A stretch of DNA of 54,063 nucleotides from Gaiellales bacterium (GCA_044369995.1 JBILWG010000001.1:1-54063); one strand, 5' to 3'. Counted from the first letter of the stretch, positions 39,877-50,085 are shown. Translations and numbers: made by a program. The notes: generated by a model not told the origin, from the sequence alone.

Positions 39877-41976
39877 GTGGAGACGCCTACGCCGCCACCC
39901 GACGACGCCGACGCGTCGATTCCCCCGACCGAGCCTGAGGCTCCTGTCGGTGGCTCCACCGACGATGCAGTCGAGGCAGCGGCAGCCGCGAAGTCGGCCG
40001 CTGCCCTACCCGCAGGACCGAAGATGAAGGTGCACCGGCCCGACGGCACGGTCGCCACCACGGCTGCACCGGCACCCGCCGGCAGTGGCGGGGCAGGTGG
40101 CGGCGGCGGACGTCCCGGGATGACCCTGTATCGCTCGGAGCCGCCCAAGCGTCGTCGGCGCTGGCCCTGGGTCGTCGGCAGCCTGGGGGCCGTGGCGCTG
40201 ATCGCGGTGCTCGCCGTGGTGGGATACGGCTACTGGTACGTCCAGGACACCGTCACCGCCATCACGAAGTCGTCGGACAAGCAGCAGCAGGAGGCGCAGA
40301 ACGGCCTCGCCGTTGCGACGGTCAACGAGCCGATCACCGCGCTGCTGATCGGCGAGGATCGTCGCCCCGGCCAGGGTCCGGGCCGCTCTGACACGATGAT
40401 GATGGTGCGCGTTGATCCGCGGAGCAAGTCGATCTCGATGCTCTCCTTCCCGCGCGATCTCGTCGTCGACGTGCCCGGCTACGGGCGCCGGCCAATCAAC
40501 GAGGCGTACGAGCTGGGCCAGGAGCCGCTCGCGCTCGAGACGATCAAGGAGATGACCGGGGTGCAGGTCAACTACCTGATCCCGCTCGATTTCCGCGCCT
40601 TCACGCGGATCGTCGGCACCTTCGGCGGCGTCTGGCTGCCCGTCGATCGACGCTACTTCAACGTCAACGACGGCCGCCCTGAGAACAACTACATGTCGAT
40701 CAACATCCAGCCCGGCTATCAGCTGGTGCGGGGTACCGACGCGCTCGCCTTCGCCCGCTTCCGGCATCTCGACTCCGACCTGATCCGTCTCGCCCGGCAG
40801 CAGACGTTCGTGCGCGAGTTCAAGAAGCGCGTCGACCGCTGGGGCTTCGCGACGCGGCTGATCGAGCTGATCTCGATCCTGCGCGACAACATCAAGGTGC
40901 TCGGTTCCAACAAGAAGCCGGCCGACGCCAAGACGCTGCTCGAGTACGGCCAGCTGCTGTCCAGCATTCCGCGCAGCAACGTCAACCAGGTTCGCCTTGA
41001 TGACATCTCCAGCTCGAGCCGCTTCCCGGGCAAGCTCGAGGCAACCCCGCAGGCGATCCAGAAAGCCGTTGACCAGTTCCTCAACCCGGATCTGACGTCG
41101 GGCCAGGCGATCGCCAGCCGCGACGTCGCCAAGGACCCGAAGGCGAAGGTGAAGAAGCCCACGTACGACCCCGCCAAGATCGGCGTCGAGGTGCGCAACG
41201 GCAACGGCACGCCCGCTGCTGCCGCCGACGCCTCGTGGCAGCTGGTCGAGAACGGCTGGAAGATGGCACACAGCGCCGGCGATTCGCTCACGCAGTACCT
41301 GCACACCACGGTGTACTACGACGGCTCGGTGACCGGCAGCAAGGATGCCGCGACGGCGATCGGCGAGGCGTTCGGCACCGACTCGGACATCAAGGCGCTC
41401 GACGCGCCGGCCAAGGCCGAGATCCAGCAGAACGGCATCGACATCAAGGAGCCGGTCGTCGTGGTGATCGGCAAGACCTACACGGGCGATCTGGCGCCGC
41501 CGAAGGTGGCCGTGCTGCCGCCGCGGGAGGAGGCGCAGATCGCGCGCGATCCGACGCGCGACATCGCCATGTGGCGTCAGGCACAGCGCAAGGCGGGCTT
41601 CCCGTTGTGGATGCCGACGGTCGTCTACGCCGGTGCCGAGACCCGCGATCCCCAGTTCTCGAGCCAGCCTCCCTATCGCGTCTACAAGACCGGCGGGCAC
41701 AAGGCCGTCTACGTGACGTACTCCGCCGATGCCTACGAGCAGGTCTTCGGCGTGCAGGCGATCCAGTGGGATAACCCGCCGATCCTGGACGGACCCAACG
41801 CCACGCGTGACTTCAAGGGACGCAAACTCCTATTGTTCTTCAACGGCTCCTCGCTCCAGCGCGTCGGCTGGAAGGAGGGCGGCAACAGCTACTGGCTGGA
41901 GAACTCCTTGACAGGTCGCATCCCCAACTCCGCGATGATCGCGATGGCGAAGAGCTTCAAGCTGGTGACGCGTTGA
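39877..41976 (+). CDS. LytR-CpsA-Psr (LCP) family cell-envelope glycopolymer transferase
   Basis: LCP core (LLIGEDRRPGQGPGRSDTMMMVRVDP...SMLSFPRDL...INEAY) after one transmembrane helix (WVVGSLGAVALIAVLAVVGYGYWY), with a LytR_C-like C-terminal part. The start is uncertain: GTG 39877, ATG 40024 or ATG 40120. The ORF-track start at 39514 overlaps the divergent phosphatase gene. Confidence 0.85.
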   Translation: METPTPPPDDADASIPPTEPEAPVGGSTDDAVEAAAAAKSAAALPAGPKMKVHRPDGTVATTAAPAPAGSGGAGGGGGRPGMTLYRSEPPKRRRRWPWVVGSLGAVALIAVLAVVGYGYWYVQDTVTAITKSSDKQQQEAQNGLAVATVNEPITALLIGEDRRPGQGPGRSDTMMMVRVDPRSKSISMLSFPRDLVVDVPGYGRRPINEAYELGQEPLALETIKEMTGVQVNYLIPLDFRAFTRIVGTFGGVWLPVDRRYFNVNDGRPENNYMSINIQPGYQLVRGTDALAFARFRHLDSDLIRLARQQTFVREFKKRVDRWGFATRLIELISILRDNIKVLGSNKKPADAKTLLEYGQLLSSIPRSNVNQVRLDDISSSSRFPGKLEATPQAIQKAVDQFLNPDLTSGQAIASRDVAKDPKAKVKKPTYDPAKIGVEVRNGNGTPAAAADASWQLVENGWKMAHSAGDSLTQYLHTTVYYDGSVTGSKDAATAIGEAFGTDSDIKALDAPAKAEIQQNGIDIKEPVVVVIGKTYTGDLAPPKVAVLPPREEAQIARDPTRDIAMWRQAQRKAGFPLWMPTVVYAGAETRDPQFSSQPPYRVYKTGGHKAVYVTYSADAYEQVFGVQAIQWDNPPILDGPNATRDFKGRKLLLFFNGSSLQRVGWKEGGNSYWLENSLTGRIPNSAMIAMAKSFKLVTR

Positions 41977-43298
41977 GCGGACGCGAGCCGGTCGGCGTCA
42001 TCGGCGTCGGCTACGTCGGACTCGTCACCGCCGCCTGTCTCGCCGAGCTCGGGCACCCCGTGGTCTGCCGCGACATCGTGGCGGAGCGCGTCGAGCTATT
42101 GCAGCGCGGTGAGGTGCCGATCCACGAGCCCGGCGTGCCCGAGCTGCTCAAGCGGAACGCCGAGCGTCTGACCTTCACGCTCGACATGGAGGATGTCTTC
42201 CGCGAGGCGCGGATCGCGATCATCTGCGTGGATACCCCGCCGACCGCCTCGGGCGATGCGGATCTCTCGCGGGTCGAGGCCGTGATCGATGCCCTGCCGC
42301 CGAGCGCTGAGGGCGCGATTCTCGTGATGAAGTCCACGGTGCCCGTCGGCACGGGACGGCGCGTTCGCACCGAGCTCGATGCGCGTGGGCGCGAGGATGT
42401 CGGGTACGTGTCGAATCCGGAGTTCCTGCGCGAGGGCTCGGCCGTGGCCGACTTCCGCGAGCCGGATCGCGTCGTGGTTGGTGGCGATCGTCCCGACGAT
42501 GTCGAGCGCGTGGCGCGTCTCTACCAGGATCTGCACGCGCCGATCCTGACCACGGATACCGCCTCGGCCGAGATGATCAAGCTCGCCTCGAATGCCTTCC
42601 TGGCGACCAAGATCTCCTTCATCAACGAGATCGCGAACGTCTGCGAGCGCGTCGGCGCCGACGTGGAGGAGGTCGCGCGCGGCATGGGCCTCGACCAGCG
42701 CATCGGCCAGAGCTTCCTCCGGCCCGGCATCGGCTACGGCGGCAGCTGTTTCCCGAAGGACGTCACGGCGCTGAAGCAGCTCGCGGGCAACACCGGCTAC
42801 TCCTTCCAGCTGCTCGCCAGCGTGATCGAGGTCAACGAGCTGCAGAAGCGTCGCGTGATCGGCAAGCTGCAGGATCACCTTGGCCCGTTGCGCGATCGCC
42901 GCATCGCCCTGCTCGGTCTGGCCTTCAAGCCGCACACGGATGACATGCGCGAGGCCTCGAGCATCGTGCTCGCCTCGCGGCTCGTGGCCGAGGGAGCGAC
43001 CGTCTGTGCCTTCGATCCGGTGGCCGCGGATCGCGCACGTGCCCTGCTGCCCGCGAGCGTCGAGCTGTGCCCATCGCTGACTGCGGCCGTGACAGGTGCC
43101 GATGCGGTCGTGATCGTGACCGAGTGGCCCGAGTTCCGCGCGGTGCTCGATCCCGCTGTTCGCGCGGCGATGGCGCAGCCGCTGATCGTCGACGGCCGCA
43201 ACCTGCTGGATCCCTCCGAGGCCGTGATGGCGGGCTTCACCTACGTGCCGATCGGTCGTGCCGAGCGCGACCCGGACCGCGAGCTGCATCAGGCGTGA
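41973..43298 (+). CDS. ugd: UDP-glucose 6-dehydrogenase family protein
   Basis: 441 aa. GVIGVGYVGLVTAACLAELGH Rossmann N-terminus and catalytic GGSCFPKD. The TTG start overlaps the LCP stop. Confidence 0.9.
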   Translation: MSGREPVGVIGVGYVGLVTAACLAELGHPVVCRDIVAERVELLQRGEVPIHEPGVPELLKRNAERLTFTLDMEDVFREARIAIICVDTPPTASGDADLSRVEAVIDALPPSAEGAILVMKSTVPVGTGRRVRTELDARGREDVGYVSNPEFLREGSAVADFREPDRVVVGGDRPDDVERVARLYQDLHAPILTTDTASAEMIKLASNAFLATKISFINEIANVCERVGADVEEVARGMGLDQRIGQSFLRPGIGYGGSCFPKDVTALKQLAGNTGYSFQLLASVIEVNELQKRRVIGKLQDHLGPLRDRRIALLGLAFKPHTDDMREASSIVLASRLVAEGATVCAFDPVAADRARALLPASVELCPSLTAAVTGADAVVIVTEWPEFRAVLDPAVRAAMAQPLIVDGRNLLDPSEAVMAGFTYVPIGRAERDPDRELHQA

Positions 43299-44365
43299 TT
43301 GCCGTCGTGCTGGTCGGCGGCGAGGGCACCCGCCTGCGTCCGCTGACGCTCGATGCGCCCAAGCCGGTGCTGCCCATCGGGGGCGTGCCGTTCATCTCGC
43401 TGCTGCTCGACCGGCTGGCCGCCGCCGGCGTGACGCGCGTGATCCTGTCGTGTGGATACCTGCCGGAGCGCCTGCGGGCCGGTATCGGCACGCCGCCGCC
43501 CGGGATGGAGGTCGAGGTGGTGGTGGAGGATGAGCCGCTGGGCACCGCCGGTGCGATTCGCTTTGCCGCGGCCGGGCGGGTGGACGGGCCGTTTCTGGCG
43601 CTCAACGGCGACGTGCTCGGCGACGCCGACTTCGGCGCCTTGATCGCGGCGCATCGCGCGGCTGCTGCCACCGCCACGATCGGGCTGACGCCGGTGGATG
43701 ACCCCACGCGTTTCGGTGTCGTGGTGCACGACGCGGCGGGCAACGTGGAGCGCTTCGTGGAGAAGCCACCGACCGCAGACGGCCTCGGGCCGGCCCCCTG
43801 GTGGGTCAACGCCGGCGCGTACGTGCTCGACCCGTCGGTGCTGGAGCGCATTCCCACCGATCGGATGGTCTCGATCGAACGCGAGGTCTTTCCCGCGCTG
43901 GTCGGCAACGGGCTGATCTGCGTGCGATCCACGGGCTACTGGCGGGATATCGGAACGCTCGAGAGCTACCTGACGGCGAACGCCGATGCAGTGGCGGGCC
44001 GCGTGCAGACGCGTCTGGACGGCTCTGCTGAGGCCACGCAGGTGGCTGCGTCCGCCCAGGTTGATGCGACCGCGATCCTGACGCCGCCGCTGCGTATCGG
44101 CGAGGACGCGATCGTCGCCGCCGGTGCCCAGATCGGCCCCAACGTGGTGATCGGCGCGGGCGCGAGTGTCGCCGCGGGCGCGACGGTGCGCGACGCGGTC
44201 CTGCTGGCCGGGGCCCACATCGCCAGTGGGGCATCGGTCGAGCGAAGCGTCGTCGGCTGCAACGGCCTCGTCGGCGAGCGCGCCCAGCTACTGGACTGCG
44301 CGCTCGGCACGGATCAGGCTGCCGCTGCAGGCGAGCACCTGCGTGGCGAGCGGAGGCCCGACTGA
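43295..44365 (+). CDS. Mannose-1-phosphate guanylyltransferase-type sugar nucleotidyltransferase
   Basis: 356 aa from GTG 43295 (GTGA overlap). VLVGGEGTRLRPLT signature and a C-terminal left-handed beta-helix-like repeat region. Confidence 0.85.
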   Translation: MIAVVLVGGEGTRLRPLTLDAPKPVLPIGGVPFISLLLDRLAAAGVTRVILSCGYLPERLRAGIGTPPPGMEVEVVVEDEPLGTAGAIRFAAAGRVDGPFLALNGDVLGDADFGALIAAHRAAAATATIGLTPVDDPTRFGVVVHDAAGNVERFVEKPPTADGLGPAPWWVNAGAYVLDPSVLERIPTDRMVSIEREVFPALVGNGLICVRSTGYWRDIGTLESYLTANADAVAGRVQTRLDGSAEATQVAASAQVDATAILTPPLRIGEDAIVAAGAQIGPNVVIGAGASVAAGATVRDAVLLAGAHIASGASVERSVVGCNGLVGERAQLLDCALGTDQAAAAGEHLRGERRPD

Positions 44366-45372
44366 TGGCTCCCGCCACGATGCTCGAGCAGGCGCTCGAC
44401 TTTCCGCGTCAGCTCGCCTCCGGGCTCGCGGCCAGCGCCGCTGCGGGACTGGCGGATCGCCGACCGGCGGCGGTGGCGCTCTGCGGCCTCGGGGGCTCGG
44501 CGGCGGGTGGGCGTCTCCTGAGCGCGCTCTTCGCGGAGGAGCTCGCGGTACCCGTCGTATCGGTCGACACGACCTCTCTGCCGGGTTGGGTGGGCGAGGA
44601 CACGCTGGTGGTCTGCATCTCCTACTCCGGCCAGACGGCGGAGACGCTCTGGCTGTGGGACGAGGCCGGCGATCGCGGTGCGCTGCGCGCGGCGATCACG
44701 GCGGGTGGTGTCCTGGCCGAGCGGGCCGCGGCGATCGGCGCCCCCTGCGCGCTCGTCGAGCCCGGCTTCCAGCCGCGTGGCGCGCTCGGGCTGCTGCTCG
44801 GCGCGCTGGCGGGGCTGCTCGACAGTGCCGGCGCCGTGCCGGGTGCAGTGGCGCAGCTGCAGGCGGCACTCCCGGCCGTCGATGCCGTGGTTGCCGCCGA
44901 GCGGGCGGACGACAGCGTGGCGCGGTCCGAGGCAGCTCGCCTCGGGGGCCACGCCGTCGTGCTGTACGGCTCGGGAGCGCGGGCCGCAGCCGCCGTCCGG
45001 CTGAAGAACCAGATCAACGAGAACGCCAAGGCGGCCGCCTGGGGTGGCGCGATGCCGGAGATGGCGCACAACGAGATCCTCGGCTGGCTCGGATGCGCGC
45101 GTCACGGCATCCCCGCCGCCGCCGTGTTTCTCCGGGATCCGGATGAGCCCCCGGCGCCCCGGGAGCTGCACGACCGCATTCAGGCGATCGTCGGCGACGA
45201 CGTGGCGACCGTGCTCGAGTGGCGCGGCAGCGGCGCCACCGAGCTGGAGCGCACGCTGACGCTGCTCGTGCACGGCGATGTCGTGTCCTGCCACCTCGCC
45301 GACGTCGAGGGTGTGGACGCTCTGGACATCGCTCGGCTGACGGGGCTGAAGGCACCGTCGCCGAACGGGTAA
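44365..45372 (+). CDS. SIS-domain protein, bifunctional phosphoglucose/phosphomannose isomerase-like
   Basis: 335 aa. SIS pattern (LCGLGGSAAGG...VVCISYSGQTAET). The neighbourhood with a GDP-mannose enzyme and ahcY mirrors the mycobacterial Rv3256c context. Confidence 0.72.
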   Translation: MAPATMLEQALDFPRQLASGLAASAAAGLADRRPAAVALCGLGGSAAGGRLLSALFAEELAVPVVSVDTTSLPGWVGEDTLVVCISYSGQTAETLWLWDEAGDRGALRAAITAGGVLAERAAAIGAPCALVEPGFQPRGALGLLLGALAGLLDSAGAVPGAVAQLQAALPAVDAVVAAERADDSVARSEAARLGGHAVVLYGSGARAAAAVRLKNQINENAKAAAWGGAMPEMAHNEILGWLGCARHGIPAAAVFLRDPDEPPAPRELHDRIQAIVGDDVATVLEWRGSGATELERTLTLLVHGDVVSCHLADVEGVDALDIARLTGLKAPSPNG

Positions 45373-46647
<1,275 letters not shown>

Positions 46648-46657
46648 CGCGGCTGCC

Positions 46658-47668
46658 GTGACGCTCGAGCCCGCCGACATCATCCGGCTCGAGGCCGACG
46701 ACGTGATCCTGCTGGATCAGACGCTGCTCCCGCAGCGACGGGTCGAGCGGCGCTGCACGACGGTGGCTGCCCTGATCGAGGCCATCCACGTGCTGGCGAT
46801 CCGTGGTGCCCCGGCGCTGGGCGTGGCCGGAGCGATGGGAGTGGCGCTCGCCGCTGCGCAGGCCGGGCTCGAACCGACGACGTTTCGGCGCGACGTGACG
46901 GCCGCCGCGACCATGCTGGCGGCGGCGCGTCCGACCGCCGTCAACCTCGCGGTCGGCGTGCGCTACGCCCTGGCCGCGGCCGCCGCTGACTGGGATGACC
47001 CGGTCGGTGCGCGCCAGGTGCTCGCCGACGCCGCGCGACGCTTTCATGCTGAGGAGGTTGCGCGTTGCCGGGCGATTGGCGATCACGGCGCGGCGCTCCT
47101 GCCCGACGCGGCCCGGATCTGCACGATCTGCAACGCCGGTGCGCTCGCCACCGGCGGCTACGGCACGGCGCTGGGCGTGATCCGCAGCCTGCAGCAGCAG
47201 GGGCGCGCGCCGCAGGTCTGGGTTCCCGAGACACGTCCGCTGCTGCAGGGCGCGCGGCTGACTGCGTGGGAGCTGGGCGAGGAGGGCATCGCGCATCGCG
47301 TGCTGCCCGACGGGGCTGTCGCCAGCCGCTTCGCCCGGGGAGAGGTCGATGCGGTGTTGGTGGGCGCCGACCGCATCGCCGCGAACGGGGATACCGCGAA
47401 CAAGGTCGGGACCTACGCCCTGGCGGTGATCGCCCACCACCACGGTGTGCCCGTGTACGTCGCCGCCCCGCGGACCACCATCGACCCTGCGACGCCGGAT
47501 GGTGGCGGGATCCCCATCGAGGAGCGCTCTGCGCAGGAGCTCGGCGACACGGTGCCCGCGGGCAGCCCGGTCACGAACCCGGCCTTCGACGTGACACCCG
47601 CGGCGCTGATCGACGCGATCATCACCGAGGAGGGCGTGCTGCGCGCACCGTTCGACCTGCGCGGGTGA
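46658..47668 (+). CDS. mtnA: S-methyl-5-thioribose-1-phosphate isomerase (eIF-2B alpha/beta/delta family)
   Basis: 336 aa from GTG 46658. LDQTLLP, AIRGAPALGVAGA, CNAGALAT, GADRIAANGDTANKVGTY and NPAFDVTPA blocks. Confidence 0.88.
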   Translation: MTLEPADIIRLEADDVILLDQTLLPQRRVERRCTTVAALIEAIHVLAIRGAPALGVAGAMGVALAAAQAGLEPTTFRRDVTAAATMLAAARPTAVNLAVGVRYALAAAAADWDDPVGARQVLADAARRFHAEEVARCRAIGDHGAALLPDAARICTICNAGALATGGYGTALGVIRSLQQQGRAPQVWVPETRPLLQGARLTAWELGEEGIAHRVLPDGAVASRFARGEVDAVLVGADRIAANGDTANKVGTYALAVIAHHHGVPVYVAAPRTTIDPATPDGGGIPIEERSAQELGDTVPAGSPVTNPAFDVTPAALIDAIITEEGVLRAPFDLRG

Positions 47669-47713
47669 CGAATCGCGCGGCCGGCGTGCGCAGTCCGGCT
47701 GCATGCTGCCGTC

Positions 47714-48382
47714 GTGGATCTCCTGCGCCTCCTCGCCGACCAGCGCTGTGCCGTCTGCGGCCGGCGGGGGGTGCTGCTCTGCCCGGCGTGCCGCCGCACG
47801 CTGAGCTGGTTGCGTGGCCCGCTGTGCGCCCGCTGCGGTGAGCCCGATCCGCACGCCCGCGTCCGCTGCCCGCTCTGTGCGCGACTCGACCGGAGCGTTG
47901 CGACGGCACGCTCGGCACTCGCCTACGACGCTGCCGGCCGCGCCCTGGTGCGCGAGTGGAAGGATGCAGCGCGTGCACCGCTCGCGGAGGTGGCGGCCGC
48001 CTGCATCGTGGGGGCCGTGCCCGTACCAGCCGCAGATGTGCTGGTACCCGTGCCGCCCGCCAGCGCCCGTGCCGCGTGGCGCGGTGTGGATGGGCCCGCG
48101 GCACTCGCGAACCTGCTCGGCCGGGCCTGGGGGCTGCCGGTGCGCCCCGCGGCGCTCGCACGGATCGAGGATCGGCCGCAGCGCGGACTGACGGCGGCGC
48201 AACGCCGCCGCAATGCGGCAACGGCGATGGTCAGCCAGGAGGCGGTGACGGGACGCATCGTCCTCGTGGACGACGTGCTCACGACCGGCGCGACCGTCCG
48301 CGCCGCGGCACTCCGGCTCCGAGAGGCGGGTGCCGTGCGGATCGATGTCGTCACGTTCGCACGGGTTGCAACAACTCCGTAA
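47714..48382 (+). CDS. comF: ComF-family phosphoribosyltransferase-domain protein
   Basis: 222 aa. N-terminal double CxxC zinc ribbon (CAVCG...CPAC...CARCG) and PRPP loop VLVDDVLTTGATV. Position upstream of hpf-secA as in Bacillus and mycobacteria. Confidence 0.82.
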   Translation: MDLLRLLADQRCAVCGRRGVLLCPACRRTLSWLRGPLCARCGEPDPHARVRCPLCARLDRSVATARSALAYDAAGRALVREWKDAARAPLAEVAAACIVGAVPVPAADVLVPVPPASARAAWRGVDGPAALANLLGRAWGLPVRPAALARIEDRPQRGLTAAQRRRNAATAMVSQEAVTGRIVLVDDVLTTGATVRAAALRLREAGAVRIDVVTFARVATTP

Positions 48383-48456
48383 AGACCCGCAAGATCGGTT
48401 GCGTCAGGTCGGCAGAGGAGTAAGGTGGAAGCAACGTCAGACGAGGAGGTGTCCCG

Positions 48457-48783
48457 GTGGAAGTCAGGGTGCACGCACGACACGTTGATGTCTCGCCCGA
48501 GATCAGGGCCATGGCTGCGCAGAGGCTCGAGGCCATTGCGCGGCTGCTGCCGCCCGATGCAACGGCCGACGTCGAGTTCTCGGAAGAGCGCAATCCGCGG
48601 ATCAAGCAGCGGAACATCGCGGAGATCACGATCATCGCGCGCGGCAAGGTGCTGCGCGCCCGCGCCGCCGGCACCGCCTTCAGCGATGCCATGGTGCACG
48701 CGGTGCGGAACGTGCGGCAGGAGGCATCCGACCTCCATCATCGCCGCCGTGCCCATCCGCACCGGAGGCTGAAGGCCGCCTAG
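48457..48783 (+). CDS. hpf: Ribosome hibernation factor, short form (RaiA/HPF S30AE family)
   Basis: 108 aa. GAGGAGG lies 8 nt upstream of the GTG. The VRVHARHVDVSPEIR... beta-alpha-beta3-alpha pattern fits the family, followed by a basic His/Arg tail. No C-terminal dimerisation domain. Confidence 0.85.
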   Translation: MEVRVHARHVDVSPEIRAMAAQRLEAIARLLPPDATADVEFSEERNPRIKQRNIAEITIIARGKVLRARAAGTAFSDAMVHAVRNVRQEASDLHHRRRAHPHRRLKAA

Positions 48784-48796
48784 GCGTGTCACCGCA

Positions 48797-48839
48797 GGCG
48801 CAGACCCCGTTGGCGCACCAGGCCAACGGGGTCTGCGCC
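48797..48839. terminator. Perfect 18-bp-stem hairpin built from two inverted repeat-family units; bidirectional terminator candidate
   Basis: GGCGCAGACCCCGTTGGC-GCACCAG-GCCAACGGGGTCTGCGCC. It starts 14 nt after the hpf stop, in a 113-nt convergent gap. Confidence 0.6.
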
Positions 48840-48847
48840 AACGTGCG

Positions 48848-48870
48848 CCAAAGGGGTCAGGCCCCGTTGG
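48848..48870. terminator. Second hairpin from repeat-family units (CCAAAGGGG-TCAGG-CCCCGTTGG, one mismatch)
   Basis: 9-bp stem with one A.G mismatch. It ends 27 nt from the stop (48897-48899) of the convergent minus-strand gene. Confidence 0.4.
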
Positions 48871-48896
48871 GGCATTCCGCCGACGGTGCGGTGTCG

Positions 48897-50033
48897 TCAG
48901 TCCTTCAGGCCGAGGCGCGCACGACATGCGCTGCGGACCGATGGGCTGGCCGACTCGGTGAACCACTCGATCGCCCCGGGCTCGGGGGCCGGCGAGCGCA
49001 GGAGCGCGTCGAAGGCCGCCAAGGCGCGCCCGGCATCAGTCGAGGCCGCCCAGCGCTCGATCTCGTCGCGCCAGGCATGCCACTGCGTGGCGAGCTCGCG
49101 TCGCAGGAAGGCAGTGCCGATCGCGCGCCACGCGTCGCCGTCCAGCGACTGCTCCGCCGAATCGAGGAAGCGGATGGCACCGCGGGTGCCCAGCTCGCGG
49201 AGGAGCGGCGCGGCGGCCTCCGCCGGGCAGCGACCACCCTCGGACTCCGATCGCGGCAGGCAGCGGCGGAGCACGGCGTCGCGCAGGTCGGGATCGTCCT
49301 CCGCGACCAAGGCGAGCTCGTGTGCAGCGTGCCAGAGCAGGATTGGCGCCTCATACGCGAGCAGCGTCTCGCCGATCGCGCGGGCGACCTCGGCGAACGT
49401 GACGTCATCCGACAGCGCGGCCACCGTCGTCTCGGCGACCCACTCGTCCGCGACCATGACGCGCGCCGCACCCGGGGACAGCGTCTGGGTGGCGTCGGCG
49501 AGCTGAGCGATCAGCCGCTGGAGGCTCCCGAGGTCGAGAATCGGGATGTCGCCGGTGGTGGCGTTGAAGGCCTCGGGGTCGAGCACCGTGCGACCGAGCC
49601 AGGTCGCGAACAGCGTCGGATCGTCGTTCAGGATCGCGATCAGCGCGGCCCGACCGCCGGGCGTGCCGAGCATGACGCGCTCACCCGGACGCAGGATCGC
49701 GTCGAGGACGGCGTGGCCCGGATCGAGCGTCACGACCGCCTCGAGCAGTGCACGTCGTCCCGCCAGCTCGGCGAGGGCGTCGCCCGTCTCGTCGTCGAGA
49801 CGCAACGCGTGGAGCAGGAGCTCGACGACCGCCGGATCGGGTGTGTCGGCGGGATACGGCGGGAAGAGGCGGATCAGCGCGCGCGCCGCTGCGCTATCCA
49901 GATCCTCCAGCTCGCGTCGCTGGCGATCGATGCGCCGCCCGGCCTCACGCGCGGTCACGTCGCCGGCGAGCCACGCCTCGAGCAGTGCGGTGATCGGGGA
50001 TACCGGGGCGCTGAAGGGGGGATCACCAGTCAC
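48897..50033 (-). CDS. Hypothetical protein, no recognisable family
   Basis: The minus-strand frame has high GC3 and a normal Ala/Leu/Glu/Asp-rich composition. The overlapping + strand ORF (48786-50048) is Arg/Gly-rich shadow. The start is uncertain: GTG 50033 is preferred, because GC3 drops upstream of it. The ORF-track start at 50102 is a TTG abutting the secA ATG. Confidence 0.6.
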   Translation of the reverse strand: MTGDPPFSAPVSPITALLEAWLAGDVTAREAGRRIDRQRRELEDLDSAAARALIRLFPPYPADTPDPAVVELLLHALRLDDETGDALAELAGRRALLEAVVTLDPGHAVLDAILRPGERVMLGTPGGRAALIAILNDDPTLFATWLGRTVLDPEAFNATTGDIPILDLGSLQRLIAQLADATQTLSPGAARVMVADEWVAETTVAALSDDVTFAEVARAIGETLLAYEAPILLWHAAHELALVAEDDPDLRDAVLRRCLPRSESEGGRCPAEAAAPLLRELGTRGAIRFLDSAEQSLDGDAWRAIGTAFLRRELATQWHAWRDEIERWAASTDAGRALAAFDALLRSPAPEPGAIEWFTESASPSVRSACRARLGLKD

Positions 50034-50041
50034 GCCTCGGA

Positions 50042-50047
50042 ACGGTA
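50042..50047 (-). promoter_or_regulatory. Candidate -10 box (TACCGT on the minus strand) for the hypothetical gene
   Basis: A TAnnnT hexamer 8 nt upstream of the minus-strand GTG at 50033. There is no usable Shine-Dalgarno spacing. Confidence 0.2.
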
Positions 50048-50085
50048 GTTGGGGGCTCTGTCTCAGGCGGCGCTCAGGTTGCGGC

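Noticed and set aside
48786-50048. A 420-aa + strand ORF between hpf and secA.
   Set aside because: It has an Arg/Gly-rich composition and poor third-position GC compared with the minus-strand frame (48897-50033), which has normal protein composition. It is treated as the shadow of the minus-strand gene.
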